This document shows positions 51,423 to 64,000 of a DNA stretch of 64,000 nt, one piece after another; within the stretch, counting starts at the first letter, position 1, and every line of letters starts with the position of its first letter. Origin of the DNA: Hydrolagus colliei (Eukaryota); contig CM068749.1 in the NCBI GenBank assembly GCA_035084275.1, positions 17,174,001-17,238,000 on the forward strand, read 5' to 3'. The notes under the pieces are model-generated. The model was not told where the DNA came from, ran no database searches, and saw nothing but the letters and a program-made list of their open reading frames with translations. Both the position numbers and the translations under genes were made by a program.

Positions 51423-53554
51423 AAAATCCATAGATTTTCAAAAAAAATCTAAAAGTCTCTAAGTCTACTGGAAAAAGTTAAATCCTTGTGTAAATTTTGT
51501 CTGTAACAATCCAGTGGAATTCTTACTGCTATTGTTTTGTTTAATTAATTGTAACCACTGTCCTTTTTGACCTGTTATTGTCCATGTCTTTTCAGATTTC
51601 CACACCATTTTTCTATTTCTCTCTGCTTCTATGCTTAGACTTATTAACATTATTCTCTTGTTTCTCATTTCCATCTGTTCTACAGCTCAATTGCTTACTA
51701 TGAACTAGTAAAATATTGTGGTAATTTCACCAGTTGCTATAAATTAATAACTGAGAATATTTTAAAAAAGTGTGCTAGGAGACCCTTTGCCAAACATGCT
51801 TCTGGTCTTTGGAGAAATGTTAATGTAATACACATACGTTTTCCCAGGACAATTTTCAAAGAAGACCATTGTATACTGTACAACATGTTAAAATTGGCCA
51901 CCCAATAGGCCAATTACAACTACCAAGTACAGTACATATTCTCTGAAGATTCTGCTCCTTTCATTCCTCATAAAATGGCATGTGCTGTGTTAGAAAGACC
52001 ATTACTGTACATACAAATTAGGTAGCATTTTTAAAACACACTATTCTGCCTTTATACTAACGTAATTAGGAGCTGGATGTTTCCTTTCGTCTAACTGTGT
52101 AAAGCACATTTTGTTTTACATGATTACATCCCAGCCTCTTCTTGAGTTTTTTAAAATATATTAAAAAACCTGCCCAACAATAAGGCTTGGCATCAATCTT
52201 TTTAAAGTTACAAATTTACAATTAAATTAACAATTTCAAAAACAGTTAGGTAACAAGTCACGATTATATGACAAACATAAATAGAGACCTTTTCTCCACT
52301 CTATCTGGAAAAGTACACCTTAATTTATCAGCTTGCAGCCAGATATTCAGACAACAGTAATATAAACATGCAAGTGTGATCTTCAATCAAGTTATTCACC
52401 TGCGGTGAACTACCACATATAGCCACTTTGCTTATTTAAGGGAAGAAAACCAATATTTGGGATCTAATTTGTGGTATTTCTTAATGGGAAAGAATTCTCG
52501 TTAGAATTATCTTTAACTCATGGGAATTCCGGTCTGAAAGTAGATGAGTTCTGAGCAGAGTTCCCACAGGACACACGATATACTCAAAGTTGCTGGAACG
52601 AGTCCCATTTTGTGTGACTAGGCTTCTTTATTTAAGAAATCCCATTAAGATGTGCTACAAATTGGACTCCATACCATCGCACAAATTTTCTTCCAATGAA
52701 AGTGAGTTCTGTGTTTATACAGGTTTGACTTAAAAAATACAGATTTGTGCATTATTTTAAAATCTATTGGAGAACCACAATCAACTATTTAAAGAAAATG
52801 ATTTTCACACCTGCAGAAAAACAGGTGAGGCACAAATTCAATTTTTTTAAATATAAGCACAAAATCCACAAAAATGCAGCAGGGAATCAATGAAAGATGT
52901 TTCCTTAGTTGCAAAAGGATTGCATCAAGACTGATTGTATGTATGTCCATTACATTAAAAGTATTTCTTAGTATAGATTTCAATACATAAATTGCTGTGT
53001 TAATAGAGATGTGGAAAATGCCAACATTTGGATTTTATTCTTAGGCACATATTGAGAACATTATATATAATTATGTCTCTAAAGTATGTACGTTTTCCTA
53101 ATATAAAAGGAAAAACTGTAATATTCACAGCAGGTGGGGACACAGCCTTAGTTGTAACTGTTGATTTAACTTTACCTTTAAAGCAAAAATAATTGAGAAC
53201 AGACTAAAACCAACAATTTATTTTGAAACACACTACATGAAGCTAATAAATTTAATTTCTTTTAAAAAGTAAAGGCGGCAAATCTGGCATTTCAAATAGG
53301 CTTATTTTCACCATGTTATTTGCAATACCATAGTACCTGGATCCACTATTGAAGATATAACTGTACAATTTGCATGCAAAATGTAATCCCAGGCACACTA
53401 TCATTGCACTTTACGATGACCTGTAAAGTAATTTGAGATGTTAAAGGTTCTGTATCAGATTCCTCCCAAAATTAATTTAATTAAATATTCCTATTTGCCC
53501 CAGATCGGGGACTTTCAAAATATTTTTAGGCAACTGAAGCAAGGGAAATAAGTT

Positions 53555-53712
53555 ATAATAATGAAAAAAATCTTGCATTTGACACAGAAACATTACCACA
53601 ATATCAAAATGCCTCAAACTGTCTCAAACTGCAGGATTTATTGTAAGGAATAGTAACTGAGTATTTGCAGGCAAACTCAACAGCCAATTTGTGCAATGTC
53701 CCACAATCATTT
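53555..53712 (-). mobile_element. Diverged DeuSINE 3' half
   Basis: tcttgcatttgacacag...cagccaattt...gtcccacaa. Confidence 0.7.
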
Positions 53713-55670
53713 CATACAAACAATGTGCTAACCATTCAAATTGGTTGATTGATCCTGATGTTGTACATCCTCCTGATGTGAAAAGCGCTATACAAGTGTA
53801 ATTTTGTTGTACTGTAGTTATAAATGTGAAGTTTTGAGGCCTCCAATATATATACTATATATATACTATATAATATATACATGGATGGAGTTGATGACAT
53901 TTAAACTTCATACTATTGGGGAGTTATCATTAAAGAATATAAATTTAAGATTGCAAATATCAATTTAAGTAGTCTGGTCTGCAGATGGATGGTTTGTCTT
54001 TTATGAGGCATGGCTACATTTCTGTCCCCCTATGATTATCAAGGGGCAACAGCAAACAGTGCAAGTTTATGTCTTCTTGTTGCTGACCGCACAGAGTCTC
54101 AACTGGAATCCTCTTTCCATTATCAAATCACTGCCAAATTTCACCCACAGATCAAAACACATCTCGGCACTCAATCTAATTTGTTTTGGTAAGATTTGAA
54201 ATGTTGAAAAAAGATTAAGTGATATATGGTACAAATATTGTAAAAGATCCATTTTGTATCTGGAGTTTGGATGCAGCTGATTCAATTACCAATTGAGATT
54301 CTTAGGAAACTTTTCTTTGTTTACCAGGATACAACAGATGATAGTTGTTATTGTCTAAAATCATAGCTGATAACATTCAATCTAAAGACGTCTGGCAAAT
54401 GTAACTATAATGAGATTGGTTCATTTGTGTGATTAATCAGTCCTTTGGCAAGGAAAGAGATGTTAAGTGATTGAATCATTTAGGAGATGAGTGACAATTT
54501 GTCATCAGATAATCTTCCCTCCATATACAAATTGTTGTACCATACACAATATTGCCACATGCTGTGGACTTCTAGTACATCTGCCAAAGGCAGGAGAGAA
54601 TGGTTCACTAACCATAGCAGGTCAAACCTTTTAAACGACCAGAACTCAATAATTGATTTACTTAGGGGAATTAAGTTTAGTTACTTGAAATTAAGTAAGA
54701 GCCTGCACCTCATAAATATAAATGGAACATAGTTGTCTTTGAAATGTGGTTTTATAGTGGGGATTAGATTGGTCCATTTTCTCCCCTCCTAATGGTTTAC
54801 GATTTGTATTTTCTTCCATTGAGTCATTCCTCCATTGCTAGGATAATGTTTCCTAACCTAACCAACCAGGAAGATTATTTTGTTCTGGATATGTTTGCAG
54901 TGGTTTGGCAAGTAAAGATTGAGAAACAAGAAAGAAAATAATAATGCCATGACCAAGCATGGGTTTCAGCCCTCACTAGGTGCATGGTAAGGACAAGGAA
55001 GCCCCTGCAAACCTCCCGGTCGGCAACGCATCTCAGCATGAAGAGTGTGAGAGCATTGCCACTGTCTTTCTGTCCACAGCTCGGGCACATGTCCCTTCCC
55101 ATTGAGTGATGGTTCCATGGATGGAGTAATGGAGCTGCAGAGTTTGAGTGACAGCTGCTTGACTCTGTGCAGGTTAATCAAGTTGGATTCTAGGGGCCGT
55201 TACGTAAATGTACGTTACAAACTCGGAGTCCAGCAATGTCACCCTAAGCCTCAGAGTTTCTGTATCAGCAATCTGGCGGGCATCTGCTTTCAAAAGATTT
55301 GCCTGGATCACCCCTCGAAAAGCAACAAGGTCTTGATTTAGAAAAATTTGTGCTTCATAGTTACAGGACAGATTATATTATCAGAATCACCAGCAATATC
55401 TAATCTATTTCCATACTTCCACCCCATCAGAATCGAGATTCAATATTCTGGGTGGGGTGGGGGGGGGGGGGTTGGGGAGGAGAAACATTTCTAGATACAG
55501 GTCATTATAATTTCAGTCTCATGTCTTCTTAGTTCAAAGGTTTTATCATCAGCGTTCTCCAAATGTAAACGCAAAGAAGTGTAGCTAAATTCTCTGGGAG
55601 GTGTGAAAGAGCTCCATTACATTTAGGTCTGAAGTAGATCTACTGCTCGATGAGTTTCCCAGCATCTTCC

Positions 55671-55756
55671 AATAATAATCCTTCATTTGATACAACGCCT
55701 TATCACACCATCAAGACACATCAAAACGCTTCACAGAATATACTGTAAAGTGGAGT
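55671..55756 (-). mobile_element. DeuSINE tail fragment
   Basis: aataataatccttcatttgatac...cgcttcacagaatatactgtaaagtg; similar fragments at about 56550-56640 (-) and 57570-57665 (+). Confidence 0.8.
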
Positions 55757-57777
55757 GATGGTGGATTTACGGTGACTGTACATCAAATGAGAAGCTAAGA
55801 CATTTTCAGATTCATATGAGAACACGTTGCTTCATACAAAACGCAAGCACATGGCTTCAAAAAAAACACTTGTAAAAAAAGTATAGAAGATGTTTTTTCC
55901 ATATACAGTAGTTTCCTTTTTAGCCCACCCTAGTTTTGCAACATGTTTAAAAGTGAATGAAATACATCTGCTTGATGAGTTTCCCAGCATCTGATCTGGA
56001 GAGGAAATGGAAAGGCAAAGCTCTTCACGCAGAAAGAGGTGATATCAGTTTTCACATATTTTAATATTTGATTATTTATTGCAACACGACCTTCTCTAAA
56101 GAATAACTGTCAGTCTTAGTTTTACAACTTCCCTTCCTTCATTAACCAAGGCTTTTTAAAATACAAACAATTGAGCCATTCGTATCATATACTTACAATA
56201 AGAATCCAGCTGTAAAAATAGATTCCATTTGAAAACAGCCTTTGCGTAACACATTTCTCAGATTAAACATGTGAAAAACTAAGCTCCAGGAAATAATACA
56301 TTTTTTGAAAACGTTATCGAGATGGAATTTCTTTTTATTCCTGAGGTCAAAGGAAAGTTATTTTAAAGGATTAAAAAAAAGTTCAGGGGATTGTGCTGAA
56401 GTTATTTTAAAGGATTGAAAATAATGATATGCTCTTTCAAAGGAAATCAAATTAATTATCAGTAGAATACTTACTTAAAAACGTAAATATCTTTTATGTC
56501 ATACGCCTCAAAGTCCCAGTGACATAACATATATAGCTGAACTGTTCATTAATAATAGTAATAATCCTTACACTTGATCTTGCACCTTCCCTTGTCAGGA
56601 AGAAGTCTCAACAAGCTTCACGGGATATGCTGTACAGTGTAATAGCTTTATTCTGTAGGTAACTGGAATTTAATTTAGAGAGGTGTGAAGTATATGTTGG
56701 AGGAACACTGACAGAGAAGAAGCTAAAACACATATCGTATTGCTGCTAAGGTGTTGATTAATATTCATGATTAAAAACTATTAATAATGATTTTATGAAG
56801 ATTGGTAATGATTTGAAAGACAGCAATATTTCAGTCATGGTTGTGAAAGTTCAGATCTGATACGCAGTATACACTTACACAAGTTAAAAAATATAGTAAT
56901 GCATCTTTGCACTGTCCAATTTCTTTGCTCTTATTAGTTGATAGGATTTCTTCCCATATAACGCATGATCGCATTCTTCTAGTTGTTAAAATAATTGAGC
57001 TAAATTATAACTCTATACAAACATACTAAAGATTCACAGAACATTATGAAGAAAAAAATCTCCAGGTCCCAAACTAACCATTTTAATATTGCTATTTTTG
57101 AAAATTAATTTCCTTGAAATTTTTTGGGGAATTTAACTGCACAGTAAGAGAATATTTATAGCAATCGTTTGGAAGTTCGTGTGAGCAGAGACAAAACAGA
57201 ATCGAAGGGTGTGGGTGTGTTTCTAAAAAAAAAGGTTTTGGTCACCAGATGTGCTATCACCACTTGCTACTGTTTACTGAAGTACATGGGGAAACCAGAA
57301 ACATAAACATAGTGGAGCTTCTGTAATTAGGAGGTTTTAAAAGCAGGAATTTGCTATTCAGTCATCAGAAGAGCAGTACTTCTAGTCAAACTCTTCTGTT
57401 GTATTAAGTTGTATGTTTTCTGTCTCAAATACAAAAATAATCAATTGTTGTGCAATATTATTGTTGACTGGGAAGTAAAAAAAAAGGTCTGTCGTGAGCT
57501 CCTTTGAAATACTTGTCATTTTAAATCTAAAATGTAAAAAGCTTCACTTATAAAATATAAAGTAAATTTACTTTATTGTATATCGTGCGAAGCACTTTGA
57601 GACGTCTGCACTTTGAGACGTGATATGACACTACAATATCAAATGAAAGGATTATTAGTATTATTTAAGTAGAAAATAAAATCCACTTTCAAATGAGGAG
57701 AATAAAATAATGAAAGCTTGTTTTTGTGCTGAGAACTAGATATTGCTAGAATTTCCTGTGAAATCCATTGCCTTCCA

Positions 57778-57838
57778 CTGCCAAAGCCACTCGAACCTGC
57801 CAAAGCCACTCACAATCTGCAAAAGCCATTCACGACCT
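57778..57838. repeat. Short minisatellite, three units of about 19-20 bp (ctgccaaagccactc(a)cNaY)
   Basis: ctgccaaagccactcgaac ctgccaaagccactcacaat ctgcaaaagccattcacgac. Confidence 0.85.
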
Positions 57839-60172
57839 GATGATGCAGGGTCCAGTGTTTAACCACAACTGTACTAAATGTTTCAGCAGTCATATCAAGT
57901 TTGGGATTGAGAACATCAGACGCTACTACTATTCACTGCCATTGAGGCTGTTCAAATCCGACAACAGTCACCAATAATAACATAATTAGAATCAGCCTCA
58001 GAGATATCTTGTTTCTTTGAACATAAAATGTCTTCTCAGTATTAAAATAAGTTATTATGTCTTCCTATTCAGGAAAGAAAGGAAGATTATGGGCTCTGTC
58101 TGAAACATAATGTAAACCAACCGCCCAGGTTTTCTTTGGATTTGTGAGCCAGTGAGGTAAAGACATATGTGTACCGGTAATCGTTGGTTTCTGTAGATGT
58201 TCAATGAAGCCAATAAACTCTCAAGCATTCTTTGATGGCAACATGGAAAGAACCCCCCCGGTTTTCCACATCATTAACCGGACACCAAGGCAACAGTAAG
58301 GGCAAGGTCACCAGCTTTGAATATTGTCTTTGTGAGGAAGTGGATCAATCTAATGAATTCAAATCCTCTGCCATATTGGGAACCGCAACATTGTGAGGAT
58401 AATATGGAAGTATTATTCTTGGAAGGGATGTAATATCGCTTCCAGCAGTGGAGCGATTCAGAAAGAGAAACTGGATTTCTGTTTTTTGTTCTCAATCAAA
58501 TCAATCAGCGGGGATACAGACACACTCGCACAGCTAGTCAATCACGCTGGACACAAACTAAGCATTGAACCTTCACCTGAGCTTTATGGCAGCTTTCAGA
58601 TGCTGTACCATAATCATTAGCACAGTTCATTTAAAATCGATTGCTTTACTGGGTAAATTAGGATTTTCTGGATTACTGGAGAATCTTTAATCAGAAAACA
58701 GACATGTGTACTGCTGGCTGACCTTCCTTGTGACTTTTTCTGTTTGGGTTCAAATGTTTTTGCAGGATTTATTTGGATTACCATTCACATAAGCAAAGGC
58801 TACTAGTTTTCCATCGAAGCTTTGCAGTCTTTAGATTTAATACTTGTGACTGTTCTGTGAACAAAATGTGGTAATATGTGCCTGTTATGTTAACGGTGCA
58901 AATAAGATACCCTGACCCCACCAATTCAAGTATTTGTTCCTCTTCCCTTCAAATCCATCCAAGATCCTGACTGCAAACCAGGAAGAAAATACGTGCTGCG
59001 TTGCTGATTTAGGCTATTACTTAGTTTCCATTTGAAACAAGAAACTGTCTCTAGGAACCGGCTAATATCATTGCTGATGGTCTGTCAAACTGTGACAGAA
59101 ATGAGAAATAGAATGGCAAAATCAGGACATGAAATAAAGGATCAACGTCTGGTCTATTGAGTAGTCTCTTCCATTGTAAGAAAGCAACTGCAGAATAGAA
59201 AAGGCACAAGATTGATAATGAAGCAGTGCACTGCAGTCACACATACTGAGTGGCTTTTGTCAATCAGTTTTTGTTTAGTCAGGCAGGTATCTGACCCATA
59301 TGGAAATCCATCACAACAACAACTTGCATGATATAGCAACCCCTCATGCAGTGTAGAGTCCCAGAGTGCTCAAATGCACCATGTATCCAAACCACACTGA
59401 GAGTTCCAATCATCCCAACTACACATGGAATTTCCTGTGTTTGTAGTGGAATGCTCACTCTCTCCCAGAAGCATCCCCCTTACCTAATCCAAGATAAGTT
59501 TTGGGATAAGTTGACAAGAGCTAGGGATTGTAGATCCCAGAGTTTATGTTGGGGGCAGATACTGCTGGAGTTTAACTGGCACACAAGTGGGTGGGCATCA
59601 CATTTGACACATTTATCCGAAAAGCCTCAAAAATAGATTTGAAATTTCTGTGTATCCTTTCTCATGCAATTTACACCAGACAATCTACGTGGTAGTTTAA
59701 AAAAACATCCCTGCTAGCACTGTGTTTAGAAATGTTAATACACAATGATCATATAAAAACGATGGGTGGGGCCCCTCTCTTTGACGCGGGGGCAATGTTT
59801 GGCTTCAGTACGGGGAAAGCTTTCTTATTCAATTTATTTATTTTTAAATCTCATCTCAAAGAATATGAAAATGTCATTACAATCATTGCCTCGAGGAGGA
59901 TAATAATCTGTGTTTATTTGTGTGAGAACTTAATTTAATTTGAAAGTAAATTAAGTTATTCGAAGGATAACACCAAGATTATTTTGTCTGCATCGTTGCC
60001 CAAACAATAAACCACAGTAAGTGAGGCAGATTTATTAAAAACAGTTATTGATCTAAGGAACACATTTGGGAAAGAACTCATTAATACTGTACTCATTTGG
60101 GAAGCTCTAATGCATTTGATCATTTTTAGATTCTGAAGTATGACTTGCCTCTTCACTAAAGACAGTCTATTT

Positions 60173-60477
60173 TAATAATAATAATTCTTGCATTTGATAT
60201 AGTGCCTTATCATGTCTTGTAGATGTCTGAAAATGTGTCACAGAATCTACTGTAAAGTGAATTGACTGTACATTTGTGGGCAAAATCGCGGCAGCCAGTT
60301 GCGCACAAACAGTCATGGATTGAAGTGACCAATTTAGTAGTGTTTTTTTTGAGGGATTATTATTATCAGGCGTGAGGAGTAAGGAAACTTGCCCAAGGTT
60401 TCGACCTGCTGGGAATTGAACCCAGGTCCCTCACTTTCGAGGGGTGTGCTCTAACCACTAAGCTACGGGACTCCACA
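60173..60477 (-). mobile_element. Full-length young DeuSINE
   Basis: Minus strand ggagtcccgtagcttagtggttagagcac...gggttcaattccc...(TTA)n. Confidence 0.93.
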
Positions 60478-63400
60478 ATTGATGTTGTGGACTCCACAGG
60501 ACTCCATTTTGATATTTATCACAGAACTTTGCTAAAGTTTCACAGAATTTGGGCTGTTGGGAGTCCTATAGTTAGCTTGTAGTGCTCTCAGTCTTCACGA
60601 AACACAAAATGTAAAAGTTACTCTAATTTGCATATACCTGCTTCTAAAGAAAAAATCTCATCTCTAATAAAATAATTCTTTAAAAATAATTCCTGTGAAA
60701 TAAATATATCCTAAGGATTAAACAAAATGATTAGACAGACTAAACTTTCAGCTGATACCTAATAACATTGATATGAGAGGTAACCGATAAATCACCATAG
60801 ACTAAATTATGTTTGCTCAAAATGGGAATTATTTTTGTAAATATATAATATATTGCAATGAGATTACAGTCTTATTATAGATTTGTTCTAAAATCTTAAC
60901 CCATAGCTGAAGCCAACCTCCAGGAGTCCTCCTTCCTGTATTTACTCACAGTGCCGACAGCCAAGTTTGAAGTGTACTGATTTCAGTCCAGTCTGTTTGC
61001 CAAACCTTATCCTACTCGAGACGTCTAATTAAAGAGAATCTTTGTTTTTTCTTGGTTCGTAATTTTCAGATTTTATTATTGATCTTAGCACTGTAAGTCA
61101 AAATTGTTACTGGTGTGTCTGATGAGGGAAGAACTCTGAGCCACAAAATGAACAAATTCAATGCCACGTTGCATCAGCTGGGAATGCTTTCCCTCCAATA
61201 ATAATTTTAATGCAAAAATAAACCATCCAACAAAAATGCGGTTCACAGCTTTCTTAACATTTTTGGACTGAGCTGAATGAAACAGTCATTTCACAGAGGG
61301 TTTAAGACCATTATTTTTCTAAATTTGTACATTTCAGAAATGGTACTCAAAGAAAAATTGATTTTGCACAGTTGAGCAGATGATGTAGTAACAGAAGAGA
61401 ATGTTCAGAGTTGTGCTGCTTCAACTTAACCTACCCAAAATTTAGTTACTGCATCCCCTGTACACATTTATATGATAAAACTAGCAGATCAGTGATGAGA
61501 AAAACAGTACTTTTTCCAAGGCTGCACTTCCTGCAGTGAAAAATTGCCAATAAAGTGTACATCTAGATGTGAAGCCTGAGCGATCAACAATCTGGTGAAA
61601 AGCTTGTGTTTCAGAACTTGTCTTTCTGTCATGACATACATTCACGTCCTTTGTTTGATCCCCATTTTCACCAATGAGTATTTGCTGTAACACTCACCCT
61701 CAACAGAAACTCTGTCACTGAGTTATAGCTACTGTACAGATGATCTTTCTTGGAGTGAAGTCTTAATATCTAACATATAATTCGAGAAATTATTTCTGAG
61801 TATCTAGAAGTAAGAAATTCAACACTTCCAGTCCAGTATTGTGATTTTAAAAACAAATAAAAATATTTAAGTTCAGTTTCTATTTCTTCATCAGCCTGCA
61901 AGTAAAATGAAAAAATATAAATGTTATTAATTTTGTAAATGGTTAATCGAGGGGCATTCACTTGCAGCAACCTTTATGGCTCAAACCTGACCTGATTTTT
62001 AAAATGTTATTTATATTTCCATTTCCAAGGCAGAGATAAAGTGTAGAGCACAAGTTATCTATTGTATATTTTCAAATGTTAACTGCGGTGGATATACCAA
62101 ATCAGAATATTAGAAAACAGTAAAATCTATCTTAATATAGAACACTTGATTCTTAATTATACAATGCATTAATTTGAGACAATACTGAAATGACTTGTCC
62201 TTTTTTTATGCTTGTGAACTATTCTTAAAGTCCACTGAATAGCAAAACTGTAGTTATTTCGTAAAGTCTTAAGCAAATGTTTACTTAAATGGGATGGGGC
62301 TAACCGGAAAAAAATGCAAATGATTTTGTCAATGGGGGAAGAAAAGCCAATTGAGTAATTTCTATCACAGTGACAATGTGTTTATTTGAAATTGTAAACT
62401 CTTCAACGAACCGCTTTTCAATCTCTTCAATGAAGGCTAAGCTTCTATTGACATTTATTATGTTCAAAATCATCTGCTCTTTTTATGTGCTCAATCTTAA
62501 AGGCATTCAAATCCATTAGGAATACATTGCGGTCAAGTATATTCAAGTATATCTAGAGATTGAATGCAGAAAACGGATGTAAACATCCCAACATCTTTTA
62601 AAGAGAACATGTGAACAATTCATACCTTATTTAACTTTGGGTGTGATGACATCTACAAGAAAGTTAATACAGGTATTTATGCCCTCAAAACACTGTAGAA
62701 TAATTGTGTGTCTGTCACACCTTATGCTGAGAAAGCAAAAATTGGAACATCTAATTCAGTCTTTGAAAGGACACTTCAGGGCATCTTTTGCTCCAGTTAC
62801 AAGATTTGTTTTCATTTTTTTGTGGCCATCAATAACATGAGCTAAATAAATCCGGTGTCAAATTAAACTTTTGCACACAAAATATTAGATCAAATAGCAT
62901 GTGGTGCAAATACACTGTTTTGATCATTTCTGTTGACGGTTTGCACCAACATTTAAACACTAGCTCAATTCGTGATGGCATATCCTTCAGAAAATAGCAC
63001 AATTGGAGAGCAGCAAAGAGCAATTTCTACAAGAGCAACTGAGCAAAAAACAACAACAAATTACATTTTATAAAGCACCTTTCATATTGGGAGGACATCC
63101 CAAGGCACTGGGGACAAAACAAGCACAAGAATCTTGTAAAATTGGATGATATTGCTTTAATTTATTGAAGCAGCCAAATAGAAAAAAAGGTACTTACTTC
63201 CTCTCTGGATTTTATCCTATCATTCTAGGCCTTAAATAGATCACAGAAAGTCTCTTCTTTATCCCGAATGAATGGTGAGGAGTAATAATATGTAGTGGCA
63301 TTTTATTGCTGTCAATATTTTCCTAATGGAGGTAAAGTTACCGTTAAAACTCTTTCCTCTTTCTACGTTAAGATTAACTGTGAACTCCTAGTTCTACATT

Positions 63401-63799
63401 CACTGGCAAGATTGTGACATATGATCCTGAAGAATTCTTTTTTATGTTTTAGGACTTCAATTAAGAAAATCTTAAGATCCTCGCTGTTTACTTAGGCTGC
63501 CAGCCTTTCATGTTTTTTCACTACATATTTTCTCTATGACACATGCATCACATTTCATTTTTATACTATAATCAGTGTTATTTGCATTTGATCTGACCAA
63601 CAGCACAATATGTAACAAATGAGGAGGAAGAATGCGAACATTCAGGCTACAGTGGAAACTAACACAATTAAGTAACCCCAAAGCCATGGAAGGAAATAAT
63701 GTACAGCAGTGGCAAGAAGATACAGGACTTGTATTTTTACACAATCCTTTTCATGTTGAAAGAATGTTTCAAAGTGCTTCACAGCATTTACTGTAAAGT

Positions 63800-64000
63800 G
63801 TATGCTCATAGCATCCAGGCTGACACTTCATGTGGGGTGGGGGAGTTGCACTGAAGTGTTGAAGGTTTCTCCTGGTGTCCTGTCTAACACTCCTCCAGAT
63901 TAAATGGCTTTCATTGCTGTGCCCAATGATTATTATACGTTGGCTTCCACTTTCACTTACCAAAACACAATTACTAAAATCCTGCAAAGCTCTTTGAGAC
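63800..64000 (+). mobile_element. Old SacSINE1-like DeuSINE relic (runs off the window)
   Basis: atccaggctgacac...gagttgcactg...tctcctggtgtcctg...cattgctgt...aaagctctttgagac; a minus-strand tail fragment abuts it at about 63745-63800. Confidence 0.6.

Noticed and set aside
57778-57838. Short spaced repeats resembling a CRISPR array
   Set aside because: Head-to-tail minisatellite with no spacers, in a vertebrate genome, with no cas genes.

Overview
Vertebrate genomic DNA, not prokaryotic. The repeat content (Deu-domain SINEs, CR1, L2) points to a cartilaginous fish, probably a chimaera such as Callorhinchus; this is an inference. The minus strand carries the 5' part of a fibrillar collagen gene recognisable as col24a1. 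Seven coding exons were reconstructed by hand, with GT-AG sites and matching phases: 46334-46279, 34817-34753, 22942-21528, 16941-16888, 11285-11232, 3977-3924 and 2350-2297. The gene continues past position 1. The promoter/5'UTR region (about 42-48.5 kb) is CpG-richer and dense in microsatellites and G-tracts, with a tandem pair of CRE/AP-1-like octamers at 47069-47095. The rest is intronic or intergenic: many copies of a young tRNA-derived DeuSINE, older Deu-core SINE relics, and degenerate CR1 and L2 LINEs. The most interesting observations are (i) a duplicated start motif that opens a 93-codon out-of-frame ORF across exons 1-3; (ii) a candidate alternative first exon plus a 21-nt microexon in intron 1 that could splice in frame to exon 3; (iii) a perfect 24-bp inverted repeat in intron 3; and (iv) nested or duplicated SINE structures. 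I found no evidence for a wholly new multi-gene system, and most ORFs in the supplied track are noise.
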